A DNA stretch of 63,984 nucleotides, the filler included, from Octopus bimaculoides (lineage: Eukaryota): the NCBI RefSeq assembly GCF_001194135.2. It is 5 parts of 5 records of this genome, joined end to end, with 100 filler letters (N's around TTAATTAATTAA, not from the genome) between each part and the next. Parts side by side here need not be neighbours in the genome. Positions count along the whole stretch, not along the records: positions 1 to 27,330 come from NC_068999.1; 4 more parts are not named here. One strand, given 5' to 3'. The stretch's first letter is position 1; each line of letters opens with the position of its first letter. The translations under genes and the position numbers were made by a program. Below the pieces are notes generated by a model that ran no database searches, was not told where the DNA came from, and saw only the letters and a program-made list of their open reading frames with translations. Positions 13,520 to 25,639 of the stretch are shown here, one piece after another.

Positions 13520-13705
13520 TGGGAGAATATACAAATAATAACAACAGACGAGGACAGGTGGTGTAAATAACAAAAGTATATATTAGTATGACGCTCGGGA
13601 ATACGGAAAGTCTTTGACGTTTCGAGCTACGCTCTTCAACAGAAAGAATATGGAGACAAGGAGAAAAACACGGAGAAAAAAAATTGAAGTGTTCAGTCAA
13701 CAGTC
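13520..13705 (-). mobile_element. Penelope-like terminal-repeat fragment
   Basis: CpG-intact block carrying the PLE-type terminus motif ctgttgaagagcgtagctcgaaacgtc on the minus strand. Confidence 0.65.
13611..13647 (-). ncRNA. Minimal type-I hammerhead-ribozyme-like motif
   Basis: tcttt-CTGTTGA-a-gagc/gta/gctc-GAAA-cg-TC-aaaga: stem I tcttt/aaaga, stem II gagc/gctc; core position A6 is U here. Confidence 0.55.
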
Positions 13706-13717
13706 AATCATAATAAT

Positions 13718-13754
<37 letters not shown>

Positions 13755-14246
13755 TATGACATAGAGTCAACAGATGAGATCCAGAGATGCTCAATATAGA
13801 AAACTCTTAGTAGCACTCAAATGATTTGAACATACACTCTGAAATTTTTATTGAGGATTAAGTCTGTAGAGTAAAGAGTAACTATAAGAGAAATCCAAGT
13901 GAGCAGATATGTAGATAAGGATGCAAATCAACAAATAAAACTGCTTGGGTTAGATATACAAAATATACATACAAGTAAATAGGGAGAAAGCAAAGACTGA
14001 AAATTTTCAGACAATGACTATTCAAGTATAATTATATAGATATTTATATATTAACAGAACAAACTTACAAAGAATAGGAAAATATAGAGAATTAAAGGGG
14101 AGAAAGTATGGTGTTACAGGTCTAGCAGCAGTTTCTGGGGGTTCGGAGTTACTTCATAATGTTGGCAGATATAGTTAAGAAAAAAATGCAACCAGTATAT
14201 AAATATTGGGAAGATCTGGCCTCCATCTTCAGGGTAGAGAGATAAA

Positions 14247-14291
<45 letters not shown>

Positions 14292-14353
14292 NNNNNNNNN
14301 NATGTATATAATATATATGTATATATATATATATACATATAAATACTTATACA

Positions 14354-14403
<50 letters not shown>

Positions 14404-14819
14404 TCTTTAAATACATATAATACATATCTACACATACTCCCACCCATTCTTATAATGAAAAGTTCAATGAATCTTCTCTACAGCCAGAATCTTGTTCCTA
14501 TTCTTTCTTTGTTACTTTAACTTTTCAACAAAACCTAGCAAAAAATTTACCTTCTTCTCTTCTATACATCCACCTCATTAATTCTCATACCTGGTACACT
14601 TTCTTAATGTGCACCACATTATGAAGGGCATTCAGCCATAGTAACAATACCAAAGCAGACATTGGTGAATGACTCTGTTCTCTGATTCATCAGATCCCGT
14701 TAACTGTCCAACCTATGCAAGCATGGAAGATGGGTGTTCAACGAAACTGGAGGGTGTGTGTGGTGTATGTGTGTATGTGTGTGGTGTATGTGTGTGGTGT
14801 ATGTGTGTGTGTATATATG

Positions 14820-14854
<35 letters not shown>

Positions 14855-15274
14855 GGATATATGTATATATATACAGGCGGATGCCTGTATGTAGGTAATA
14901 GCGTTCTTTTTGCTAAAACTTTAAAAATTTTGTTCGGTTTTTGTAATTGTGAAATTTTTTCATCATGCACGGTTTGTGTTTTTAAATGGAATGTATTTTT
15001 TCTGGTGTTATATTTATTCCTGAATGATGTGTAAAGAAATTTTGATTTAAGCCTCTTAATGAATTCTTTATACTGAAATATATATTGAAGAAGATAAATA
15101 TGTTCATTTGAATTTATACGTTTTTGCATCGTAACTCCTTTATTATTATTAATATAACCAAAAGGATCGATTCTTGAAGAGTCTGCATACCTTCACTGTC
15201 GTTTTTTTCTGCTATTTTGGTGATGATTTTTTGAGTTAGCTTACCAATTATTTTTGTTGGTAGTTAATTTATAA

Positions 15275-15351
<77 letters not shown>

Positions 15352-16608
15352 TAGCAGAGATACCCGGTCTTGCTTGGGACTAAAATGGCATAGTTTGTAT
15401 ATATATTACAGTTATGTTGAAACTGGTCATATAGGTACACCATTGACAACAAAACATTTGTGGAGTAAATGATGGGCTAATTCAACTGAGCGACACACTA
15501 TGCATCCGTTTGGAGTATTCCAGGCCCTAACCTGTCATGGAAAATTGGGGTGGGGATTAAGTAATTTTTGAATGCACCATAAAGCTGTTTGTGGATATAC
15601 TCTCCTTTGCAGCGTTTAGTGCTGCATCTAACATGACCCATTGTCTGAAGTTTGGCACCTCGTTCAGGTTTGTTGCTCTACATCACTCATAAAGTAAATT
15701 TGGAGGAACTGTGGTTGTTCATTTGTGGGTAACAGGGAAGCAATGAGGTGATAGCCTTGCCCTTGAACTTTGAGGTCGGTGTAAATTCATGTTTAACTAT
15801 CTTCTTAGATGTAGTAAACGATGTAATTTTAAATGCAGAGTTGTATTGTCTGATATTGTTCAGAAAATCCTTTGACTGGATGGAAATGCCTTCTCGAAGA
15901 TCCGTAAGAGGTTGAAGAGGAGCTGGTAGTGCTGGCAATCTTACCTGATCACCTGAGCAGCATGTCATTTGTTTCATTTGAAAATTTTAAAGCTCTACAG
16001 AAACAACAATTTGTGTTTAGCACACTAATTTTTATAAGAATAAGTTTTTATAAGAATAAGTTGCTTTTAGATCATATCTAAAAGCAACTCCAGGAGTTGT
16101 GAAGAACGAATTTGTACATAGTCTGTTTCTGAGAGTTATTCTATGGGACGTTTGTCTAATCATTAAAACATTGATTTAATGATCCAGTGTGCATTTGCTG
16201 ATCTTGGGAAAGTGCCCTCTCCCTTGTCTCTTGACGTGCTGCAGCATGCCTCTGCTGATCTCGAAAAAGTCTCATCTCGATTCTCTCTTCAGACTCCATT
16301 TGATTTGCTGCAGCATGCTTTTTCTGACCTTGGGAAAGTCTTATCTCCTTTAAGGAGCTGTTTACACATCATTTCGATGTCATGTTAATTTAAGTGTTAA
16401 TAGGAAAATGTAAATGTAAGTTACTTGTAACATTGCAACAGGTGCAATAATTATGAACTGGTCATTGAATGGTAAATGTGTAAATTCGAATTAGAAGTGA
16501 AACAAAGTGAAACATTGTTATGTACTTATTAGGCTGGTATTTCTAGCATGTCTTGCTACCACTGAACAGGTACTTGCAATAAAGGGCATGCCGTTATCAC
16601 AAATAGCT

Positions 16609-16840
16609 AGGGCGGCGAGCTGGCAGAAATGTTAGCATGCTGGGCGAAATTCTTAGCGTTATTTCATCTGCCGTTATGTTCTGAGTTCAAATTCCGCTGA
16701 GGTCAACTTTGCCTTCCATCCTTTCGAGGTCGATTAAATAAGTACCAGTTACGCACTGGTGTTGATGTAATCGACTTAATCCCTTTGTCTGTCCTTGTTT
16801 GTCCCCTCTATGTCTAGCCCCGTGTGGGCAATAAAGAAAT
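16609..16840 (+). mobile_element. tRNA-derived SINE (family 2, ggcggcgagctggcaga head), full length with 8-bp TSD
   Basis: B box GAGTTCAAATTCC, centre gcc ttccatcctttcgaggtcgat; aaatagct duplicated at 16601-16608 and 16841-16848. Confidence 0.9.
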
Positions 16841-17330
16841 AAATAGCTGTTACGTGGTAGCAGCATGTGCTAGAAATAACAGTGAAATCTTTCATTTTCT
16901 GTAGAAAGGAGTCATTTATGTGGTGGGGTACCTCGGACTTTCAGGAGAAAATCCGAGGTCCCCCACCACAACTTTCTCTTTGTTTCTGAAGAAAAATAGG
17001 AGGTTTGTGGCATATTAAGAGTACTTCCACACAAAAATCCCTTTTTTGTTTCCTTACGTGTGTGGGTGCATTTATCAAAATTTATCCAATTTACAAATGA
17101 AAAAGGTTTTGTGCCGAATTCAGCAGAATGAATGAATGGATTTTACTTGATCAGTATTGCTATGTAACGGTGTTGTCATCAATTATAATAGTTGTTGAAA
17201 TGAATTGATATGAATGACTCCATAAAATAAGATGAGTGGAGTTAGATTCTGTCCAGTTGGACAGAAATTGTTGAATGGGAAACAACCATACACCATACAG
17301 GGTGTTCGGGAATGAACGATGGAAGCACAA

Positions 17331-17503
17331 GGCGCAGGAGTGGCTGTGTGGTAAGTAGCTTGCTTACCAACCACATGGCTCTGGGTTCAGTCCCACTGTG
17401 TGGCACCTTAGGCAAGTGTCTTCTACTATAGCCTCGGGCAGACCAAAGCCTTGTGAGTGGATTTGGTAGACGCAAACTAAAAGAAGCCAGTCGTATATAT
17501 GTA

Positions 17504-17566
<63 letters not shown>

Positions 17567-17792
17567 ATATGTCTGTGTGTTTGTGTTTGTCCCCACCAAC
17601 ATCGCTTGTCAACTGATGCTAGTGTGTTTACCTCCCTGTAACTTAACGGTTCGGCCAAAGAGACCGCTAGAATAAGTACTAGACTTACAAAGAATAAGTC
17701 CAGGGGTCGATTTGCTTGACTAAAGGTGGTGCTCCAGCATGGCCACAGTCAAATGACTGAAACAGTAAAAGAGTAAAAGAGAGTAAAGAGTA
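17331..17792 (+). mobile_element. tRNA-derived CORE-type SINE (family 1) with internal (TA)n/(TG)n
   Basis: A box TGGCTGTGTGG, B box GGTTCAGTCCC, CORE-like ggcaccttaggcaagtgtctt, tail gagtaaaagag. Confidence 0.9.
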
Positions 17793-18439
17793 TAAGGGTT
17801 AATATCTTGGTTTGTTTTTGTAAACTCTAGGTAACCTGAAAAGGTTATAGATGAAGTGGAAATGCATCAATCAAACATGGCAAAAGCATGCATTAAATGT
17901 AAGGAAGTGTCAACTTGCATTGTTTAATGACAGAACAATGAAGTTATTTACTTGGAGGAAAATTTGCGAATCTGTTTCAAATCACAAACAGACCGAATGT
18001 TAATTTAAGAGCGACATGCTGTTATCGCAAATTGCTGTTACAAAGTAGCAAGTTAATTTAAGTGTTAATATGAAACTGTAAATGTGCAATGAAAGTGAAA
18101 CATTGTTACGAGCTGGAAGAATAAAAGTGAAACATAGATGTTATTCTTTCACTTTTGACATGCAATAACGAACCAGCGTAAAAAATTGCCCTCGGCCGCA
18201 TTAGGCAAGAAGTTGAAAACTTTTTTGGCCCATGACTCTCCATGGGCCGCATATAATGTATGTGTAAAATTTGAATGAAATTGGTTGTGTAGTTCTCAAG
18301 TTTTAGGGATTCACACAGACAGACTCACAGACAGCCACACATTCTCAGTTTTGTATATTAAGATGATTGGTTCATCTTGAGAAATGATAGCCGTCCCATC
18401 AACACACACACTACACCCCATCACACAGTACAATCACTC

Positions 18440-18727
18440 CATTGATGAGCCCTTAGAGGAGTTTTAAGACTTGCTGCTGACAGACAGGGTTTTAAACACA
18501 AGTGACAAATATTATTCAAGTTTCTTCTTTGGAATCTGATTCTGAAGGAATGTTTTTGTGAACTAGCATATGTCTTTTAAGTCCAGATACTGTCTTACAA
18601 GTTTTTTGACATATAACACAAGTTGTAAGAGGTGGTTGGTGTCCCAGATCATTACCTATCTGGGCATTATGACTTTCATGTGACTTCATATGGTTCACAT
18701 ATCTTGCTTTTGACAACAGAACACAGT

Positions 18728-18735
<8 letters not shown>
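18440..18735 (-). pseudogene. Degenerate C2H2 zinc-finger cluster (probable LINE C-terminus)
   Basis: CVICQKTCKTVSGLKRHMLVH is a perfect C-x2-C-x12-H-x3-H; flanked by CDCVLLSKARYVNHMKSH and, after a frameshift, CHLCLKPCLSAASLKTPLRAH. No TGEKP linkers; truncated by (TA)n and a gap. Confidence 0.6.
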
Positions 18736-18765
<30 letters not shown>

Positions 18766-19368
18766 NNNNNNNNNNNNNNNNNNNNNNNNNNNNNNNNNNN
18801 NNNNNNNNNNNNNNNNNNNNNNNNNNNNNNNNNNNNNNNNNNNNNNNNNNNNNNNNNNNNNNNNNNNNNNNNNNNNNNNNNNNNNNNNNNNNNNNNNNNN
18901 NNNNNNNNNNNNNNNNNNNNNNNNNNNNNNNNNNNNNNNNNNNNNNNNNNNNNNNNNNNNNNNNNNNNNNNNNNNNNNNNNNNNNNNNNNNNNNNNNNNN
19001 NNNNNNNNNNNNNNNNNNNNNNNNNNNNNNNNNNNNNNNNNNNNNNNNNNNNNNNNNNNNNNNNNNNNNNNNNNNNNNNNNNNNNNNNNNNNNNNNNNNN
19101 NNNNNNNNNNNNNNNNNNNNNNNNNNNNNNNNNNNNNNNNNNNNNNNNNNNNNNNNNNNNNNNNNNNNNNNNNNNNNNNNNNNNNNNNNNNNNNNNNNNN
19201 NNNNNNNNNNNNNNNNNNNNNNNNNNNNNNNNNNNNNNNNNNNNNNNNNNNNNNNNNNNNNNNNNNNNNNNNNNNNNNNNNNNATATATATATATATATA
19301 AAGTTATTTCATTTTTGTATTTGGTTTGCAAGATTCTTTATGCGAGTCCATGTGTTGAAACATATTCC

Positions 19369-19650
19369 GTTATGTCTGGGGAGAGTCATTCTCTTTTAAT
19401 GCCTTATGATTTAACACACACAGGTAAAATTTCCACTCATTTACTTATTTATTTTTCTAAAATTTTCATTGTGCCTTGCAACTTTTTAATAGTTGCTGCT
19501 CGGATAATGGACAGAGTCAACAACTATTTTAAAGGTTGCAAGATGCAATAAAAAATTTAGAAAAATAAATGAGTAAATGTGTGGAAATTTTCCTGGTGAG
19601 TGTGTTAAGTTACAAGGCACTAAAAGAGAATGACGCTCTCTAGACATAAC
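19369..19650. mobile_element. Fold-back MITE-like element
   Basis: Imperfect inverted arms 19369-19498 and 19518-19650 (gttatgtct...agacataac) with a loop of about 19 nt. Confidence 0.85.
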
Positions 19651-19674
19651 AATATATATATATATATATATATA

Positions 19675-20129
19675 CTAGCAGCTAAGCCCGGTTTCACCTG
19701 GTCGGTTTGGATGATGTGGCTGTAAAACCTGCTCTGTGTAAGCATTTGACTTGTTTGTGCACGCTTACGTTAAAAAGCAATTTTAGAATGATTTTTTGTC
19801 AAAACGCTAAAAGTAACTGACCAACAAAAAAAAAAAAAGACTAAGATTCAACCAAATCAAAAAATAAACCCAAATACAAAGTGAACAAAGATGAACCATC
19901 TCACTTCCATTGCGCGTGCACATGCACACGCACAAACACACACACATGCACATAGCCTCCCTTTTACATACACACACATATATTCACAGGGTTGAAACAC
20001 TGTTTGATCTATTTTGTCAGCATACGATTTTCATCATCCCACTAACAAGTATGAGATCACCTTCCTTCCTTATTCATCTATCACCCCTTCCTTTCTCTTT
20101 CATAAACACAAGAGTATTATTATAGTAGA
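19675..20129 (-). mobile_element. Non-autonomous Helitron
   Basis: Minus strand starts A|TCTACTATA at 20129 and ends ccaggtgaaaccggg...CTAG|T at 19675. Confidence 0.7.
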
Positions 20130-20512
20130 TTATCTCGGTAACCATGGGAGGTAAGGAAAAGTACAAAGCCCAGCATCACCACTGGATCATTCTACACATC
20201 TGTGTAATTTTTCATGCAATTCTACCCAGCCATGAATCCCAAGACAAGAAAGAATTGCCCATGTCAAATCTATATGTATAGATATATACAGGCATGGTAT
20301 TTGGTGAACAAATTCACTACCCAACCACATAGTCCTACTATGTGGTACCTTAAATAAGCGTCTTCTACTATAGCTCTGGACAAAACCAATGGGAGTGTGT
20401 GTAATGCAACAGATGTAAACAAACATGATGGTGGCTAGTAACTGGAAGGGCATCTGGCCACAGAATATTCCAACTCAATGGATTTCATCTGACTCATGCA
20501 AACATGCATGTA

Positions 20513-20680
20513 CACCCATCCATCCATCCAGCCAGCCATCCATCCATTCATCCAGCCATCCATCCAGCCAGCCAGCTAGCCAGCCATCCAGCCAGCCAGC
20601 TAGCCAGCCATCCAGCCAGCCAGCTAGCCAGCCATCCAGCCAGCCAGCTAGCCAGCTAGCCAGCCAGCCATACATACATA
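20513..20680. repeat. Compound (CCAT)/(CCAG)/(CTAG) repeat with 24-bp higher-order unit
   Basis: catccagccagccagctagccagc x4 at 20561-20656. Confidence 0.9.
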
Positions 20681-21449
20681 CATATAACTAAGTGAAACCT
20701 TCATTATCATTGTTTTACATCCACTTTTTTTTTCCATGTTAGCACGAGTCAGATAGAGTTCATTGAGCCAGATTTCTACCAAGTAACGTAGTATTTCTTT
20801 ATTCTTAGACATGTTTCCTGGAAGTTGGAAATGAATGAAACCACTTGTATGACAGTGATATTTGTTTACATCAATTGTATGATATCAAGAAAAGGAAACA
20901 CACACGCACGCACGCACGTGCTTGCACACCCACACTTACACACACACACACACACACACAAAACTACTGTCTGACAAACGGTCATATGAAACTCTGAGTA
21001 GCAGTTTGTGAAAATTTTTTTCAGTTTTGATAAATCGTACATTAATCTATTTTTGGTATTCAGGTCCTATTTTTACCAACTTGTTTTGCATCTATGTGTT
21101 TATTTGTGTGTAATATACAATATATATATATATGATGATAATAATAATAGTAATAATAATAATCATAAAAAAATTACAAGAATGAGGCCGCGATATCAAG
21201 TAAATATAGGAATTTATATATACATGNNNNNNNNNNNNNNNNNNNNNNNNNNNNNNNNNNNNNNNNNNNNNNNNNNNNNNNNNNNNNNNNNNNNNNNNNN
21301 NNNNNNNNNNNNNNNNNNNNNNNNNNNNNNNNNNNNNNNNNNNNNNNNNNNNNNNNNNNNNNNNNNNNNNNNNNNNNNNNNNNNNNNNNNNNNNNNNNNN
21401 NNNNNNNNNNNNNNNNNNNNNNNNNNNNNNNNNNNNNNNNNNNNNNNNN

Positions 21450-21481
<32 letters not shown>

Positions 21482-21743
21482 GATAAACTTACTTGGAAAT
21501 AGATGCATCGTGGTCAATCAAATAATAATATAATATAATATATATATATGTTATATACATATAAGAGGGATGATCACTAAGTGGACATCCAATATGCTAG
21601 AAGTCGACCACATATGGTATGGCCACTAAAAAAAGATTGTTCTCAAGAAAATTCAGATTTTTTTCAATATGATAGGCCACTGGTTTAAATTGATGTTAAT
21701 CAAATTGATATTCAATTTTTTACCCTTATTATTTATTTATTTA

Positions 21744-21774
<31 letters not shown>

Positions 21775-21864
21775 ATATATATATATATATGTATGTATAT
21801 GTGTGTGTGTGTGTGTGTGCATATATATATGTATATGTACATACACATATATATATGCATATAT

Positions 21865-22241
21865 GGGTACAGGACATCACAAACTGTGAACAACATGAAA
21901 TACGAAAAGAAAAGAGCTGAATACATAAACAATGAGAGAAACAAATGGATGACAGGACAAGTAATATAAAGAACGACCCTTCATCAGTTGTCAGCTGTCC
22001 ATCCTCCACTGTCTTGTTGATGTTACCAACTTTGACCCTCTGCAAATCCTAAATTTTATTTTGGTTTGCAGGAATAACTGTCGTTCAATGCTCGAAATGA
22101 GGAGTAGATGGACAGCCAACAACTGATGAAGGATCGTTCTTTATGATACTTGTCCTGTTTTCCATTTGTTTCGTTGTTTATGTATTCAACTCTCTTGTTT
22201 TCGCATTTCATATAGTTTACGTTTTGTGATGTCCTGTACTC
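21865..22241. repeat. Imperfect inverted repeat of a dispersed (possibly Penelope-related) element
   Basis: 21865-22003 is the reverse complement of 22107-22241; arms contain aactgatgaagg. Confidence 0.8.
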
Positions 22242-22780
22242 ACATATGTGTGTATATAGGGTGTGTATATTATTTATATTATACACACACATTCATATGT
22301 ATAAATATATATATGTATAAATATATAAATATATATATATATATACATATGTACATATACATATATATATGCATATATGTATATATATATTAAATACATA
22401 TATATAATACATTTATATATATAATATACATATACATGTACAATACACACACATATATATATATATGTGTGTGTGTGTGTGTTGTATACTATATACACAC
22501 ACACATATATATGCATAAACACACACAGAAAATGTTGATGTTGAGTGTTATCATTAAGATCCAGTCAGTACTGAGCTGACAATTCTCTAATGAAAGATAT
22601 TCTAACCATGATTAACCCTGTTTTTTCTGTCTCTCCAACTCCAATTATCATGTGTTGCCTTTTTCTTTATATTATACAGTTTTCTTATGGTAGTATACTT
22701 AAACTGTTTCGATAACATTTAAAAGCTTTCTTTATTAACTCCTTTTAGTTTTTTCTTGTGTTTTGTTTCTTTACTAACAG

Positions 22781-22825
22781 GTTGGTCTGGAGAAGGGGAC
22801 TAATACCATTTTCTTTTATCTATGA
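22781..22825 (+). CDS. Candidate terminal coding exon
   Basis: Strong acceptor ttttgtttctttactaacag|; phase 0 VGLEKGTNTIFFYL* (or phase 1 WSGEGD*); ATTAAA at 22911. Confidence 0.35.
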   Translation, partial: VGLEKGTNTIFFYL

Positions 22826-23192
22826 ACCTCTTTCATTCCTATTTTACTAGGATGGCCCCTTATAGCCATTCAATGTTAAAAGAAAAAGAAGATCCTATTA
22901 TACTTTTATAATTAAATATTACTAGGAATCATATAAAAAAACTGTTGAAATATCTTGTGTATTGTAGAAGTATAAGCAATTTATTGCAGATAAATTTAAA
23001 CAAGGTTTTATATGGACCCTCAAGAGTGATACAGACCCAGGTTGAGAGCCACTAGCTTATATACACGAAATGAGGGAACTACACAAGCTAAGGTAGTAGG
23101 AAACCAGACAGCTCTGATGAGCAGCGGCCACTGTCACAGAGGTAGAAAAGGCAGAGAATGGAGACAGCATGCCTATGGGCTGCCACACACAC

Positions 23193-23224
<32 letters not shown>

Positions 23225-23232
23225 TCTCTCTC

Positions 23233-23288
<56 letters not shown>

Positions 23289-25266
23289 GTGCTCGTATAT
23301 TCATAGATAAATTGTCCAGTTAAACATTATGACCTAAACCTAGGGTTTCTTTATCAGAGTCCACTGTTGCAAATAATTTGGGCAGAGGCTGTGATTCACT
23401 CTCCGCCACCCATCTGTCTCAGAGAGGCAGAGCCCCACCCTCCTTTATCAAAATATTGTAGTGCTGCTACTCTATATGGTGATGGTGGTGGTTGTACTAT
23501 CAGATAATTCTACCTGTTGATATCTCGTTATTTTGGTGATATTTCTGTTGTTACTGTTCCAGTACACCTGTTAACCATAGAACTGTTGACCGCGGAGGTG
23601 ATGGCAGACTGTTGATATACTAATAACGTTGTCAATGATGGCGGTGACGACGATGATGATGGTGATGATAGAGGTGAAAGTGGTGTTAATCGTGTCATGT
23701 TGAAATTAGACTTTGCGTGCGTAGAAACGTTGATATTACCCACGTAAGTGTATATGTGCGAGCTAAATGATATCAGCTTGTATATGTATGACAAGACAAT
23801 GCATGCATAAGGATGTATGTGATTGGGTATGTATAAACGATGTATATAAAACAAGAGAGTAAACAAATGTCTTGTTTGTTTATCACTGTGTTGGTGCATG
23901 TATACGAGGGTGTGTATATATTGACAGACAGCTTCTTTGAGTACAACAATGTGCGTGCACGCGCCATACACACACACACACACACATAGATATCCGATGT
24001 ATATACAGAGGTGTGTATTTCGTAACATTACATCCATTTGCGTGTATTCAACTATTTATGTATGGTAAAAACATACATATACGTACATACACGTGCACAT
24101 ATACACACAAATGCAAGCATACATTGCTCTAAATATCTACGTCTGAACACGAATGTATAATAGATATTTGTCTTTCTATGTTTATACACACGATAGACAC
24201 ACGTGTATCTGTTGGCAGACATGTGTCTAATAGCAGATTGTATGTTAGGACAGGTAAATATATCAACTTACCTGTATTATCCCACTCATGTGGCTGGTAG
24301 AACTTTGGCGAAGATCTTCAACTCCGTGCTGCTTCAACAACAATTTCAACAACATAGCAAGGGATATTTCTTGCGGAGCTTCCTCCTCTCATCCGTCTAT
24401 ATGTTTGTCTGTCTGTCTATAAGGGTGGACAGAAAGAGAGGAATACATGGAGGGAGGGAAGGGCGGAGAAAGAAAAGAAGTTTAGGATAGAGAGATAGAT
24501 AAATAGACAGATGTGTATAGTGACACAAACAGAGTAATACAACAGGAGGCAGACAAATAGTCAAACATAGTTTAGTGATAAACAGAGCGATAGACAGACA
24601 AACAGACAAATCGATAGGTAGGTGACGTTCAGATAATATTCCCTGCTTTCCAGTGCCAGCAATAGGTAGACAAAGTTTTATTCCATATCAAACAGTAATG
24701 ATATCAGAGAACCATGTGTATGCTTTGAAGTGAGACAGTGGAAGGATGACCACTTCCACCTCTGTCCACTACCACCTCTGTCCATGACTATAACCACTAA
24801 TGCCACCACCACTACCTCCCCCAGTAGCAGCATCACAAGCAAACAGATACATGCTGTCGTCCATACCAGTACATGAAGGTGTCACATCCGCTTTTTCAAT
24901 ATTTTCGTTTATCAGTACTACATGGGAAAGCTGACGACAACTACAAGAAGATGAAGCAGCTGAGCGCTGGCTAGATGCTGGTTGTTGGTTTCGACTGAGA
25001 TGACAACAACAATAAAGGCGGTAACGGCAATAGATTCAGTATCAATCCATAGCGTAGCAGTTGTTGAAGGAAATATAGAGTACAGCAAAACAGATAAGAC
25101 CATGTGTTGTTGATACATACATTCATACATACATACATACACACACGCTTATATACATGTACACACACGCGCACACACACATATACAGATATATATACCT
25201 ATGGATTCTTTGACGAATAAATATTTATATATATTAAATTTCCAGAATTCAAGACAGCCATGCATC

Positions 25267-25309
<43 letters not shown>

Positions 25310-25639
25310 TTATCTATCTACCTAACCATTTGTGTATGTATATATCTTTGTAAGTTGGGATGTATGTTTCTAAATATGCCTTTGTTAAAGAACGATCCAG
25401 AAAAGAAGTACTCAATAGAAACGTTGAGTGCAATAGTTTATTTTTGGCCACGCTAGTTGCGTGTTATTCTGGAGTTTCCATGGTAATCAGCTGATTCTTC
25501 AGACAAATCATATGTGTATCTGTATACACACATACACACACGCACGTACGTATGCATGTACACCTATATATATATAAATAGTGGATTTATATATATATAT
25601 ATGCATGTATCACTCGCCCTATCTCTTTTCTTTTGCGTC

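Larger units (their letters stand above)
15351..18363 (-). mobile_element. Internally deleted Helitron with Rep fragment, carrying two nested SINEs
   Basis: Minus strand starts A|TCTTAATA at 18363 and ends with a GC-rich imperfect hairpin (cccaagcaagaccggg) plus CTAG|T at 15351. ORF 15687..15977 (CCSGDQVRLP...FLNNIRQYNSAF..TSF) matches the Helitron RepHel N-terminal region. Confidence 0.8.

Noticed and set aside
14713-15129. 138-aa Lys/Asn-rich ORF on minus
   Set aside because: No recognisable motif; its tail is microsatellite. It may be a decayed TE, but I cannot assign it.
16611-17400. tRNA genes; CRISPR-like arrays anywhere in the window
   Set aside because: A/B boxes belong to SINE heads without full cloverleafs. 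No repeat-spacer periodicity was seen, and the context is eukaryotic.
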